Shown here: in pieces, positions 43,111 through 55,740 of the stretch | Layout of the letters: each line of letters opens with the position of its first letter | Numbering within the stretch: the stretch's first letter is position 1 | From: the human T2T-CHM13v2.0 reference genome, Homo sapiens | Direction: 5' to 3' (one strand) | Assembly (NCBI RefSeq): GCF_009914755.1 | Contig: NC_060946.1 | Length of the DNA: 64,000 nucleotides | Translations under genes and position numbers: made by a program | Notes under the pieces: generated by a model | Databases searched by the model: none | Seen by the model: the letters and a program-made list of their open reading frames with translations, nothing else | What the model was told of the DNA's origin: nothing

Positions 43111-46100
43111 TCCATTCCATTCCATTCCATTCCATTCCATTTCATTCCATTGAATTACGTTCCATTCGATTCCATTGCACTCGAGTCCATTCCATTTGAG
43201 TGCATACCGTTCCAGTCCATTATATTGGAGTCCATTCCATTCCATTCCATTGGCTTTCATTCAACTCAATTTCATTCCATTCGAGTCTTTACATTCCATT
43301 CCATTCCATTCCATTCCATTCCATTCCATTCCATTCCATTCCATTCAAAACAGTTCCATTCGGATCTGTTCAATTCGATGCCATTCCTTTTGATTCCGTT
43401 CCATTAGATTCCATTCCATTTGATTCCATTCCATTCGAGTCCATTCCATTCCATTCCATAGGATTCCACTCAATTCCTGTCCTTTCCATTCGAATCCTTT
43501 CCAATCCATTCCATTCCATTCAATTCCAATCCATTTTGTTCGATTCCATTCCGTGCCATTCCATTACATTCGATTCGATTCCATTCCATTCCATTCCATT
43601 CCATTTCATTGCAATCCATTCCATTCCATTCCATTCCATCCATTCCATTCTGTTCTTGTCCATTCCATTCCATTCCATGCTATTCCATTCCATTCGAATG
43701 CATTCCATTCCATTCCATTTCGTTGCATTCTATTCAATAGCATTCCTTTCGATTCCATTCCATTCAATTCCATTCCATTCCATTCTCTTCGAGTCCATTC
43801 CATTCCATTCCATTCCATGCTATTCCATTCCATTCCATTCCATTCCATTGCATTCCATTCCATTCCAATCCATTCCATTCCATTCAAGTTCTTGCCATTC
43901 CTGTCCATTCCATTTGAGTCCATTCCAATCCACTACAATCCATTTGATTCCATTCCATTGAATTGCATTGCATTCGAGACTGTTCCATTCTAGTCCATTC
44001 CTTTTGATTCCATTCCATTCCATTCCATTCCTTTCGAATCCATTCCTTTCGAGTCCTTTCCATTCCAGTCCATTCCTTTCGAGTCCATTCCATTGCAGTC
44101 CTTTCCCTTCCAGTCCATTCCATTCCTTTCCACTCCATTCGCTTCCATTCCATTCGATTCCATTCCATTCGACTGCATTTCATTTTAATCCATTCCATTG
44201 GAGACCATTCCATTTGAGTCCATTCCATTTAAGACCATTCAAGTCCATTCCATTTGAATGCATTCCATTCGAGTCCATTCCATTCGAGTCCAGTCTGTTC
44301 CTGTTCATTGCATTCAATTACTTTCCATTCCATTCCATTGCATTCCATTCTATTCCATTCCATTCCATTCTTTTCCATTCCATTCCCTTCCACTCGAGAC
44401 CATTCCATTCCAGTCCATTCCATTCGTGTCCATTCCATTCCTGTCCATTCCATTCGATTCCATCCCATTCGACTCCATTCCATTCGATTCCATTCTATTC
44501 AAGTGCATTGTATTCGCGGCCATTCCAAAGTAGTCCATTACATTCGAGTCCGATAGATTCCATTCTATTTGATTGCATTCCATTCGATTCCTTTCCAATC
44601 GATTGCATTCCATTCGAGTCCATTCCAATGGATTTCATTCCATTCAAGTCCATTCCATACGAGTCCATTGCATTCCAGTCCATTGCATTCGATTCCATTC
44701 CATTCCAGTCCATTACATTCGATTCCATTCCATTCCATTCTACTCCATTCCTTTCCATTCCTTTCCTTTCCATTCCATTTGAGTCCATTCCCTTCGAGTC
44801 CGTGCCATTTCATTCTATTATATTCGATTCCATTCCATTCCATTCCATTCCGTTCGAGTCCATTCCGTTCGAGTCCATTCCATTCAAGTCTATTATATTT
44901 GAGTCCATTCCTTCCATTCCATTCTACGTGATTCCATTCCATTCCAGTCCACTAAATTCGAATTAATTCCGTTCCATTGCACTTCATTCCATCTGATTCT
45001 ATTCCATTCGATTCCATTCCGTTTGATTCCAATCCTTGCCATTCCATGCCATTCGATTCCATTCCATTCCATTCCTTTCCATTCCATTCCATTCCATTCT
45101 ATTCGAGACCGTTCCATTCAAGTCCTTTCAATTTGTTCCATTCCACTTTATTCCATTCCTTTTGATTCCATTCTATTCTATTATATTCCATTCGAGTCCA
45201 TTCCATTTGACTCTATTCCATTCGATTCCAATCCATGCGAGTCTATTTCATTGGAGACAGTTCCATTCCAGTCCATCCATTTCGAGTCCATTCCTTTCCA
45301 GTTCAGTCCATTCCATTCCATTCTTTTCCCTTCCATTTGAGGCCATTCCCGTCCTTTCCATTCATTGTGATTCCATTCCGTTGAATTCCATTCCATTTGA
45401 TTCTATTCCATTTGACTCCATTCCATTTGAGTCTATTCCATTCCAGTCCATTAATGCGAGTACATTCCATTCCATTCCAGTCCATTCCATCGAGTCCATA
45501 TCATTCCATTCCATTCAATTCCATTCCGTTCCATTCCATTCGATTCCATTCCATTCGATTGCATTCCATTTTATTCCATTCCTTTTGAATCCATTCCATT
45601 CCAGTCCATTCCAATCGAGTCCATTCCATTCGATTCTATTGCATTCCAGTCCATTCCTTTTGATTCCATTCAATTTGATTCCATTCCATTCGAGTCCCTT
45701 CCTTTCGAGTCCATTCGATTACAGTCCATTCCATTCCACTCCATTCCTTTCCATTGCATTCCATTCCATCCGATTGTATTCCATTCGAGTCAATTCCATT
45801 CAAGTCTATTCCCTTCTAGTCATTTACATTCGAGTACATTCCAATCCTATCCATTCCATTTTGTTCCATTCCATTCGAGTCCATTCCATTCTAGTCCATT
45901 CCAATACAATCCATTACAATCGAGTCCATCCCATTATTTACGATTCCATTACATTACATTGCATTTGAATCCATTCCATTTGACTCCATTCTTTCGAGTC
46001 CATTCCATTGCAGTTCATTCCATTAGATTCCATCCCATTCGAGTCCATCCTACTCGATTGCATTCCATTTGAGACCATTTCATTTAATTCCATTCCATTC

Positions 46101-49100
46101 GAGTCCATTCCATTCAAATCCTTTTCATTCAAGTCCATTTCATTCAAGTACATTGCATTCCAGTCCTTTATATTCGAGTATATTCCATTCCATTCGATTC
46201 CATTCCATTCCATTCCATTCTATTCTATTTGATTCTATTCCATTTGACTCCATTCCATGTGAGTCCATTTGATTCCAGTCCTTTCCATTACAGTCCTTTA
46301 CATTTGAGTCCATTCCATTCCATTCCACTCCGTTTGATTCCATTCCATTTGATTGCATTTCATTCCCTTCGAATCCATTCCATTCGATTCCATTCCATTC
46401 GATTGCATTCCTTTCAAGTCCATTCCATTGGAGTCCATTCCATTAGAGTCCATTCCATTTCAGTCCATTCCATTTGATTCGATTCCAATCCATTCCATTC
46501 TCTTCCATTCCATTCCATGTGAAACCGTTCCCTTCCAGTCCATTTCATTCAATTCCTTTCCATTAGATTCCATTCCATTCGATTGCATTCCATTCGAGTC
46601 CATTCCTTTCGAGTACATTCCATTCGAATCCATTCCATTGGAGTCCATAACATTCCATTCCATTACATTAGAGTCCATTCCATTCCATTCCATTCTATTC
46701 TGTTCCATTGCATTCCATTGTATTTGATTCCATTCCATTCGGGTCCATTCCATTCGAGCCCATTCCATTCCATTCCATTCGAGTATATTCCACCCCATTC
46801 CATTCCAGTCCAGTCCATTCCATTCGGTCCCATTCTAATTTATTCCATTAAATTCGATTTGATTCCATTCCATTCCATTCCATTCCAGTCCTTTCTATTG
46901 CATTTCATTCCATTCCATTCCATTCTGTACGATTCCATTCCATTTCATTCCATTCCATTCAATTCATTTACATTCTACTCGATTCCATTCCATTCAATTT
47001 GATTCCATTGCATTCCACTCCATTCCATTCCATTGCGTTCCTTTCCATTCCTTTTAATTGCATTCAATTCAATTCCATTCCATTCCAGTCCATTCCATTC
47101 CATTCCATTCCATTGCAATCAATTCCATTCCATTCAACTCCAATCCTTTGGGGTCCATTCCATTCCATTCCATTCCATTGCATTCAATTCCATTTCATTC
47201 GACTCCAGTCCTTTGGAGTCCATTCCATTCCATTCCATTCCACTCCACTTCACTAAACTCCATTCCATCCACTCCACTTCCTTCCATTCCACTCCTTTGC
47301 AATCCATTAACTCCATTCCATTCTATTCCATTCCATTCCGTTCCATTCCATTGCATTACATTCCACTCCACTCCATTACACTCCATTCCGTTCAATTCCA
47401 CTCTTTCCCCTTCCATTACATTTGACTCCATTAAACTCCACTCCCCTCCTCTATATTCAATTCCATTCCACCCCATTCCATTCCAGTCTATTACACTCCA
47501 CTCCACTTCACCGCAATCCGTTCGATTCCATTTGGTGCCGTTCGACTCCTTTCAATTTGATTCCATTCCATTTGATTCCATTCCATTCGATTCCATTCCA
47601 TTTAATTTGATTCCACTCCATTTGATTCCATTCCATTCGATCCGTTTTCATTTGATTTCATTCCATTCGATTCTGTTACATTCCATTCCATTCCATTGGA
47701 TTCCATTCCGTTCCATTCCATTCCATTCCTTTCCAGTCCATTCCAATCGATTCCATTCAATTGAATTCATTTCCACTAGATTCCATTCCGTTCAAGTCCA
47801 TTTCATTCGAGTCCATTCAATTCCAGTCCATTCCATTCGAGTTCATTCCATTTGATTCCATTCCTTTCCATTATATTACATTACATTACATTCTATTATA
47901 TTTGATTCCAATCCATTCGAGTCGATTCCATTCCAGTCTATTCCATTCGATTCCATTCTATTCAATTCCATTCCGTTTGATTCCATTCCATTCCATTCCA
48001 TTCTATTGCATTCCATTCGAGTTCATTCCATTCCAATCCGTTCCATTCGAGTCCACTCAATTCCGGTCCATTACGTTTGGGTCCATTCCATTTCATTCCA
48101 TTCTATTCCATTCCATTCCATTCCATTCTGTCCGATTCCATTCCATTAGATTACAATCCATTAGATTCTTTGCCATTTATCTCCATTCCACTCAATTACA
48201 TTCCATTCGATTCCATTCCATTCCATTCCACACCATTCCATTCCATTCGATTGCATTCCTTTCTATTCCATTCCATTCGATTCTATTGCCATCGATTCCA
48301 TTCCTTTCGATTCCTTTCCTTTTTAGTCCATTCTATTCGAGTCCATTCCATTCGAGTCCATTCTATTCCAGTGCATTCCATTCGAGTCCATTCCATTCCA
48401 TTTCATTCCATTAGATTCCATTCCATTCAAGACTTCCACTCGATTTCATTCCTTTTGATTCCATTCCATTTCATTCCATTCCATTGCATTCCATTCGATT
48501 GCATTCCATTCGATTCCATTCCGTTAAACTAGATTTCATTCCATTCTATTCCATTCTATTCAATTCCTTTCCTTTCGAGTCCTTTCCATTCGAGTCCATT
48601 CTAATTAATTCCATTTCCTTCCTGTCCATTCCATTCGATTCCTTTCCATTCGATTCCATTCCATTTGATTCCATCCCGATCGATTCCATTCTGTTCGATT
48701 ACATTCAATTCGAGTCCATCCAATTGAATCCATTCCATTTCAGTCCATTCTATTAGAATCCATTCTATTCGTGTCCATTCCATTCCATTCCATTTTATTC
48801 CATTCGAGTCCCTTCCATTCAATTCCATTCCCTTTGAATCTGTTCCATTTCAGTCCATTCCATTCGAGTCCATTCCATTCCAGTACATTTCATTCGAGTC
48901 CATTCCATTCGATTCCATTCTATTCCTTTCCATTCCATTCGATTCCATTCCATTCGATTAGATTCCATTTGGGACCGTTCTATTACACTCCATTCCATTA
49001 GAGTCCATTCCATTCCAGTCTATTCCATTGCATTCCACTCCATTCAATTCTATTCCATTCAATTCCAATTCATTCCAATCCATTCAATTCCAGTCCATTC

Positions 49101-52100
49101 CATTCCTTTCCTTTGCATTCCATTCTGTTCAAATCCATTCCACTTCATTCCATTCCATTCCATTCCATTCCAATTCATTCCAGTCCATTCCATTCCAGTC
49201 CATTCCATTCCTTTCCTTTCCATTCTATTCCGTTCAAATCCATTCCATTCCATTCCATTCCATTCCACTCCATTCCATGCCATTCCAGTCCATTCCTTTT
49301 GAGTCCATTCTGTTCAAATCTATTCCATTCCGTTCCATTCCGTTCCATTCCATGCCATTAGATTCTATTCCATTCCATTGTGTTACATTCCATTCCATTC
49401 CATTCCATTTGAATCCATTCCATTATATTCCATTCCGTTCCCTTCCCTTCCATTCGATTCCATTCCATTTGATTTGATTCGATTCCTTTCCATTCTAATC
49501 CATTCCATTCCATTAAATTCTATTCCATTCCATTCTATTCCATTTCATTCAATTCCATTTCATTCGATTCCATTTCATTCAATTCCATTCCATTCGATTC
49601 CATTCCATCCAGGCCATTTCATTCGAGTCCGTTCCATTCCATTAAATTCTATTCCATTCTATTCCACTCCATTCCATTCCATTCTTTTCCATTCCATTCC
49701 TTTCCTTTCAGGACCATTCCATTCCTGTCCATTCCATTCGAATCCATTCCATTCCATTTGATTCCATTCTGTTCGATTCCTTTCCATTCGATTGCATTCC
49801 ATTCCAGTCCATTCCATTCGAGTCCATTCCATTTCTATTCCTTTCATTTCCATTCTTTTCCATTCGAGTCCATTCCATTCCACTCGATTCTATTCCATTT
49901 GATTCCATTGCATTCCAGACCGTTCCATTCCGTTCCATTCAATTCGAGTCCATTCCATTCGATTACATTTCATTAGATTCCATTTCATTCGATTCCATTC
50001 CATTCGAGTCCATTCCATTCCATTCCAGTCTATTCCATTCGAATCCATTCTGTTCTATTCCATTCCATTCCATACCACTCCGTTCTACTTTATTCCACTC
50101 CACTACACTAAATTCCATTATATCCAACTCCATTCCATGCCATTCCACTCCTCTCCTCTGCACTGCACTCCACAGCCCTCCATTCCACTCCATCCCATTC
50201 CATTCTGCTCCATTCCACTGCAATCTTCTCCACCCCACTCATCTCCACTTCATTCCATTCCATTCCATTCCATTCCATTCCATTCCATTCCATTCCATCT
50301 CATTGCATTCGTCTCCATTCAAGTCAACTCTACTTCACCCCACTCCTCTCCACTTCAGTCCACTCCATTCGATTCCATTCCATTCCACTGCATTCTGTTC
50401 TATTCCTTTCTTTCGAAAGTATCTCACTCTGTCACCCAGCCTGCAGCGCAGTGACACAATCTCAGCTCACATTTCATTTCATCATTCAATTGCATTCCAT
50501 TCCACTCTATTCCACTCTACTCCACTCCACTCCAATCCATTCCACTCCACTCGACTCCAGTCCATTCCACTCCACTCCTTTCCATGCCATCCCATTTCAT
50601 TCCAGTCCTTTCCACTCCACACCAATCCTCCCCACTCCATTCCATTCCACTCCTTTCCTTTCCATTCCTTTCTTTTGACAGGATCTCACTCTGTCACCAA
50701 GGCTTGTGTGCAGTGGCACAATCTCATCTCATATTTTACTTCACCATTTCATTCCATTCCATTCTATTACACTGCACTCCACTCTACTCCACTGAATTCT
50801 ACTCCACTCCACTCCAATCGATTCGATTCCATTCCATTCCAATCCCTTCCATTCCACTCCTTTCTTTTGACAGGATCTCCCTCTGTCACACAGGCTGTAG
50901 CAAGTGGCACAATCTCAGCACACATTCCTTTTCACCATTTCATTCCATTCCATTTCATTCCATTCCATTCCATTACAATTCATTCCATTCCACTGCATTC
51001 CATTTCACTCTACTCCAGTCCACTCCACTCCATTTCATTCCGCCGCATTCCATTCCACTCTTTTCCACTCCATTCCGCTCCATTCCATTTCATTCCACTC
51101 CATTCCATTCCACTCCACTCCACTCCATTCCACTCCACTCCATTCAATTTCATTCCATTCCACTCCATTCCATTCCCTTCCACTCCATTCCATTCCCTTC
51201 CCTTCCATTCCATTCCATTGCATTCCACTCCACTCCACTCCTTTCCTCTCCCTTCCATTACACTCCACTCAATTCCATACCATTCCATTCCTTACCATTC
51301 CATTCCTTACCATTCCATTCCACTCCACTCCATTCCATTCCATTGCAGTCCACTCCACTCCGCTCCACTCCACTCCACTTCACTGCACTCCTTTTCATTC
51401 CATTCCATTTCACTCCATTGCATTCCATTCCTTTCTTTCGACACTATATCACTGTCACTCAGGCTGGAGAGCAGTGGCACAGTCTCTGCTCACATTACAT
51501 GACAACTTTCCATTTCATTGCATTCTATTCCATTGCATTCCATTGCATTCCATTCAATTCCATTCTATTCCATTCCATTCCTTTCCACTCCACTCCACTC
51601 CACAACATTCCATCCCATTCCACTCCACTCCACTCCACTACATTACCTCACATCCAATTCCATTCCACTCCATTCCACTCCTCTCCACTCCCCTTCTCTC
51701 TAAACCACTCCATTCCACTCCATCCCATTCCATTCCACTGCATTCCACTGGACTCCCCTCCACCCCACTCCACTCCACTTTATTCCATTCCATTCCATTC
51801 CATCCCATTCCATTCCTCTCCATTCCACTCCACTCCACTCCGCTCAACTTCACTCCACTCTAGTCCACTCCATTCCAATCCATTCCATTCCACTGCATTC
51901 CATTCCATTCCTTTCTTTCGAGAGTATTTCACTCTGTCACCCAGCCTGGAGAGCAGTGGCACAATCTCAGCTGACATTTCATTTCACCATTCCATTCAAT
52001 TCCGTTCCATTCAGTTCCATTCTGCTCTACTCCACTCCACTCCATTGCAATCCATTCCACTTCACTGCACTCCATTCCATTCCACTCCACTCCTTTCCCT

Positions 52101-55100
52101 TCCATCCCATTCCATTGCACTCCTTTCCTCTCCAATCCACTCTACTCCACTCCATTCCATTCCATTGCACTCCATTAGATTGCATTCCTTTCGTTGGACA
52201 GGATCTCAGTCTGTCACCCAGGCAGGAGTGCAGTGGCACAATCTCAGCCCATTTTTCATTTCACCATTCCATTCCTTTCCATTCCACTGCACTCCACTCC
52301 AATCCACTGAATTCCACTCCACTCCACTCCAACCTATTCCATTCCGTGCAATTCCAATCCCTTCCATTCCACTCCTTTCTTTTGACAAGATCTCCCTCTC
52401 TCACACAGGGTGTAGTGCAGTGGGACAATCTCAGCACACATTTCTTTTCACCATTCCGTTCCACTCCATTTCATTCCTTTCCATTCCGTTTCATTCCATT
52501 CCATTCATTTCCATTGCATTCCATCCCACTCCATTCCATTCCATTCCACTCCATTCAATTCCATTCCACTCCATTCCATCCCATTCCACTCCACTCCATT
52601 CCATTCCACTCCAATCCATTCCACTCCACTCCTCTCCACTCCACTCCTCTCCACTCCACTCCATTCCTTTCCATTCCATTCCATTCCATTCCATTCCATT
52701 CCATTCCATTCCATACCATTCCTTTCCTTTCTTTCCAAAGTATTTCACTCTGTCACAGAGGCTAGAGTGAAGTGGCACAATCTCAGCTCACATTTCTTTT
52801 CACCATTCAATTACATTCCACTCCATCCCATTCCAGTCGACTCCATTGCACTAAACTCCATTCCACTCCACTCAAATCCATTCCATTCCATTCCATAACA
52901 TTTCACTCCATTGCATTCCATAGCTTCCTTTCCACTGTATATCACTGTGTCACCCAGGCTTGAGTGCAGTGGCACTATCTCAGCTCATATTACATGTCAA
53001 CTTTCCATTGCATTGCATTCTATTCCATTGCATTCAATTGCATTCCATTCCTTTCCATTACATCCTTTCCATTCCATTCCTTTCCCTTCCATTCCACTCC
53101 GTTCGACTCCACTCCACTCCTCTACATTCCATTACATCCGATTCCATTCCACTACATTCCACTCCTCTCCATTCAACTGCACTCCACTCCACTCCATTCC
53201 ACTCCATCCCAATCCATTCCGCTCCATTCCACTGCACTTCCTTCCACCCCTCTCCACTCCACTTCATTCCATTCCATTCCATCCCATTCCATTCCCCTCC
53301 ATTCCACTCCACTCCACTTCTCTCCGGTCCACTCCTCTCCAGTTCACTCCATTCCACTCCACTCCACTCCACTCCAATCACTCCACTCCACTGCATTCCA
53401 TTCCATTCTTTTCTTTCAAGAGTATCTCACTCTGTCACCCAGCCTGGAGTGTAGTGGCACAATCTCAGCACACATTTCATTTCACCATTCCTTTCCATTC
53501 TATTCCATTCCATTCGATTCAACTCCACTCCACTCCAATGCATTCCACTCCTCTACATTCCCGTCCATTCCATTCCACTCCTTTCCATTCCACTCCTTTC
53601 CACTCCACTCCCCTCCAATCCACTCCATTCCATTCCACTCCATTCTATTCCTTTGTTTTGACGGGGTCTCACTCTGTCACCCAGGCTGGTGTGCAGTGGC
53701 ACAATCTCAGCTCATATTTCATTTCACCATTTCACTCCAGTCCATTCCATTCCACTGCACTCCACTCCACTCCACTCCACTCAATTCCATTCCACTCCAC
53801 TCCAATCCATTCCATTCCATTCCATTCCAATCCCTAACATTCCACTCCTTTCTTTTGACAGGATCTCCCTGTGTCACACAGGCTGCAGCACAGTGGCACA
53901 ATCTCAGCACACATTTCTTTTCACCATTTCCTTCCATTCCATTCCATTCTATTCCTTTCCATTCCAATCCCTTCCACTGCACTCCACTCCACTGCTCTCC
54001 ATTCCCCTCCACTCCACTCCATTCCACGCCATGCCACTCCATTCCACTCCACTCCACTCCATTCCATTCCACTCTACCCCACTCCACTCCTCTCCATTCC
54101 ACTCCAATCCATCCCACTCCATCCCACTCCATTCCACTCCATGCCACTCCATTCCACTCCATTCCGTTCCACTCTATTCCACTCCACTCCACTCAATGCC
54201 ACTCCCCTCCACTCCACTCCATTCCACTCCACTCCTCTCCACTCCACTCCACTCCCCTCCACTGCATTACATTCTACTCCACTCCACTCCCCTCCACTGC
54301 ATTACATTCCACTCCATTCCATTCCATTCCTTTCTTTCCACAGGATTTCACTCTGTCACAGAAGCTGGAGTGCAGTATCACAATCTCAGCTCACATTTCT
54401 TTTCACCATTCCATAGTATTCCATTCCATCCCATTCCATTCCACTCTATTTCATTCCACTACACTCCACTCCACTCCATTCCGTTCCACTCCACTCTGTT
54501 CCATTCCACTCCACCCCATTCCATTGGACTCCACTCCATTCCACCCCATTCCACTCCACTGCACTCCACTCCACCCCACTCCATTCCATTCCACTCCATT
54601 CCATTCCATTGCACTCCATTCCATTCCATTGCACTCCATTCCATTCCATTCCACTCCTTTCCATTCCATTCTACTCCACTCCATTCCGCTCTACTCCATT
54701 CAACTCTACTCCTCTCCACTCCACTGCATTCCATTCCATTCCACTCCATTCCATGCCATTCCATTCCACTCCACTCCTTTCCATTCCATTCCACTCCACT
54801 CCATTCCACTCCACTCCTTTCCATTCCATTCCACTCCACTCCATTCCACTCCACTCCATTCCACTCTACTCCCCTCCACTCCACTCCATTCCATTCCATT
54901 CCACTCCATTCCATACCATTCCATTCCACTCCATTCCAGTCCACTCCATTCCACTCTACTCCATTCCACTGCACTCCACTCCATTCCATTCCATTCTACT
55001 CCATTCCATTCCATTCCTTTATTTCTACTGGATCTCACTCTATCAACCAGACTGGAGTTCAGTGGCACAATCTTAGATCACATTTCATTTCACCATTCCA

Positions 55101-55740
55101 TTCCATTCCATTCAATTCCATTCCATACCACTCCGTTCCACTCCACTCCACTCCACTTAATTCCATTACATCCGATTCCTTTCCACTCCATTCCACTCCT
55201 CTCCTCTCCACTGCACTCCACTCCATTCCACTCCATCCCATTCCAATCTGCTCCATTCCACTGCAATCCCCTCCACCCCACTCATCTCTATTTCATTCCA
55301 TTCCATTCCATCCCATTCCAGTCCACTCCACTTCACCCCACTCCATTTCACTGCAGTCCACTCCATTCCATTCCACTGCATTAAGTTCTATTCCTTTCTT
55401 TTGAAAGAATCTCACTCTGCCACCCAGCCTGGAGCGCAGTGACACAATCTCGGGTCACATTTCATTTCACGATTCCATTCCATTCCATTCCATTCTATTC
55501 CACTCCACTCCACTCTTCTCCACTCCACTCCAATCCATTCCACTCCACTCCACTCCATTCCAGTCCACTCCACTACACTCCATTCCATCCCTCGCCATTC
55601 CACTCATTTCCACTCCACTCCGCTCCATTCCATTCCATTCCACTCCATTCCATTCCATTCCTTTCTTTTGACAGAATCTCACTCTGTCACCCAGGCTGGT
55701 GTGCAGTGGCACAGTCTCATCTCACATTTCACTTCAGCAT
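43111..55740. repeat. 12.6-kb higher-order repeat, copy 4 (12630 bp)
   Basis: Same landmarks; ends at CTTCAGCAT 55740, after which the sequence continues as domain B instead of domain A. Confidence 0.96.
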
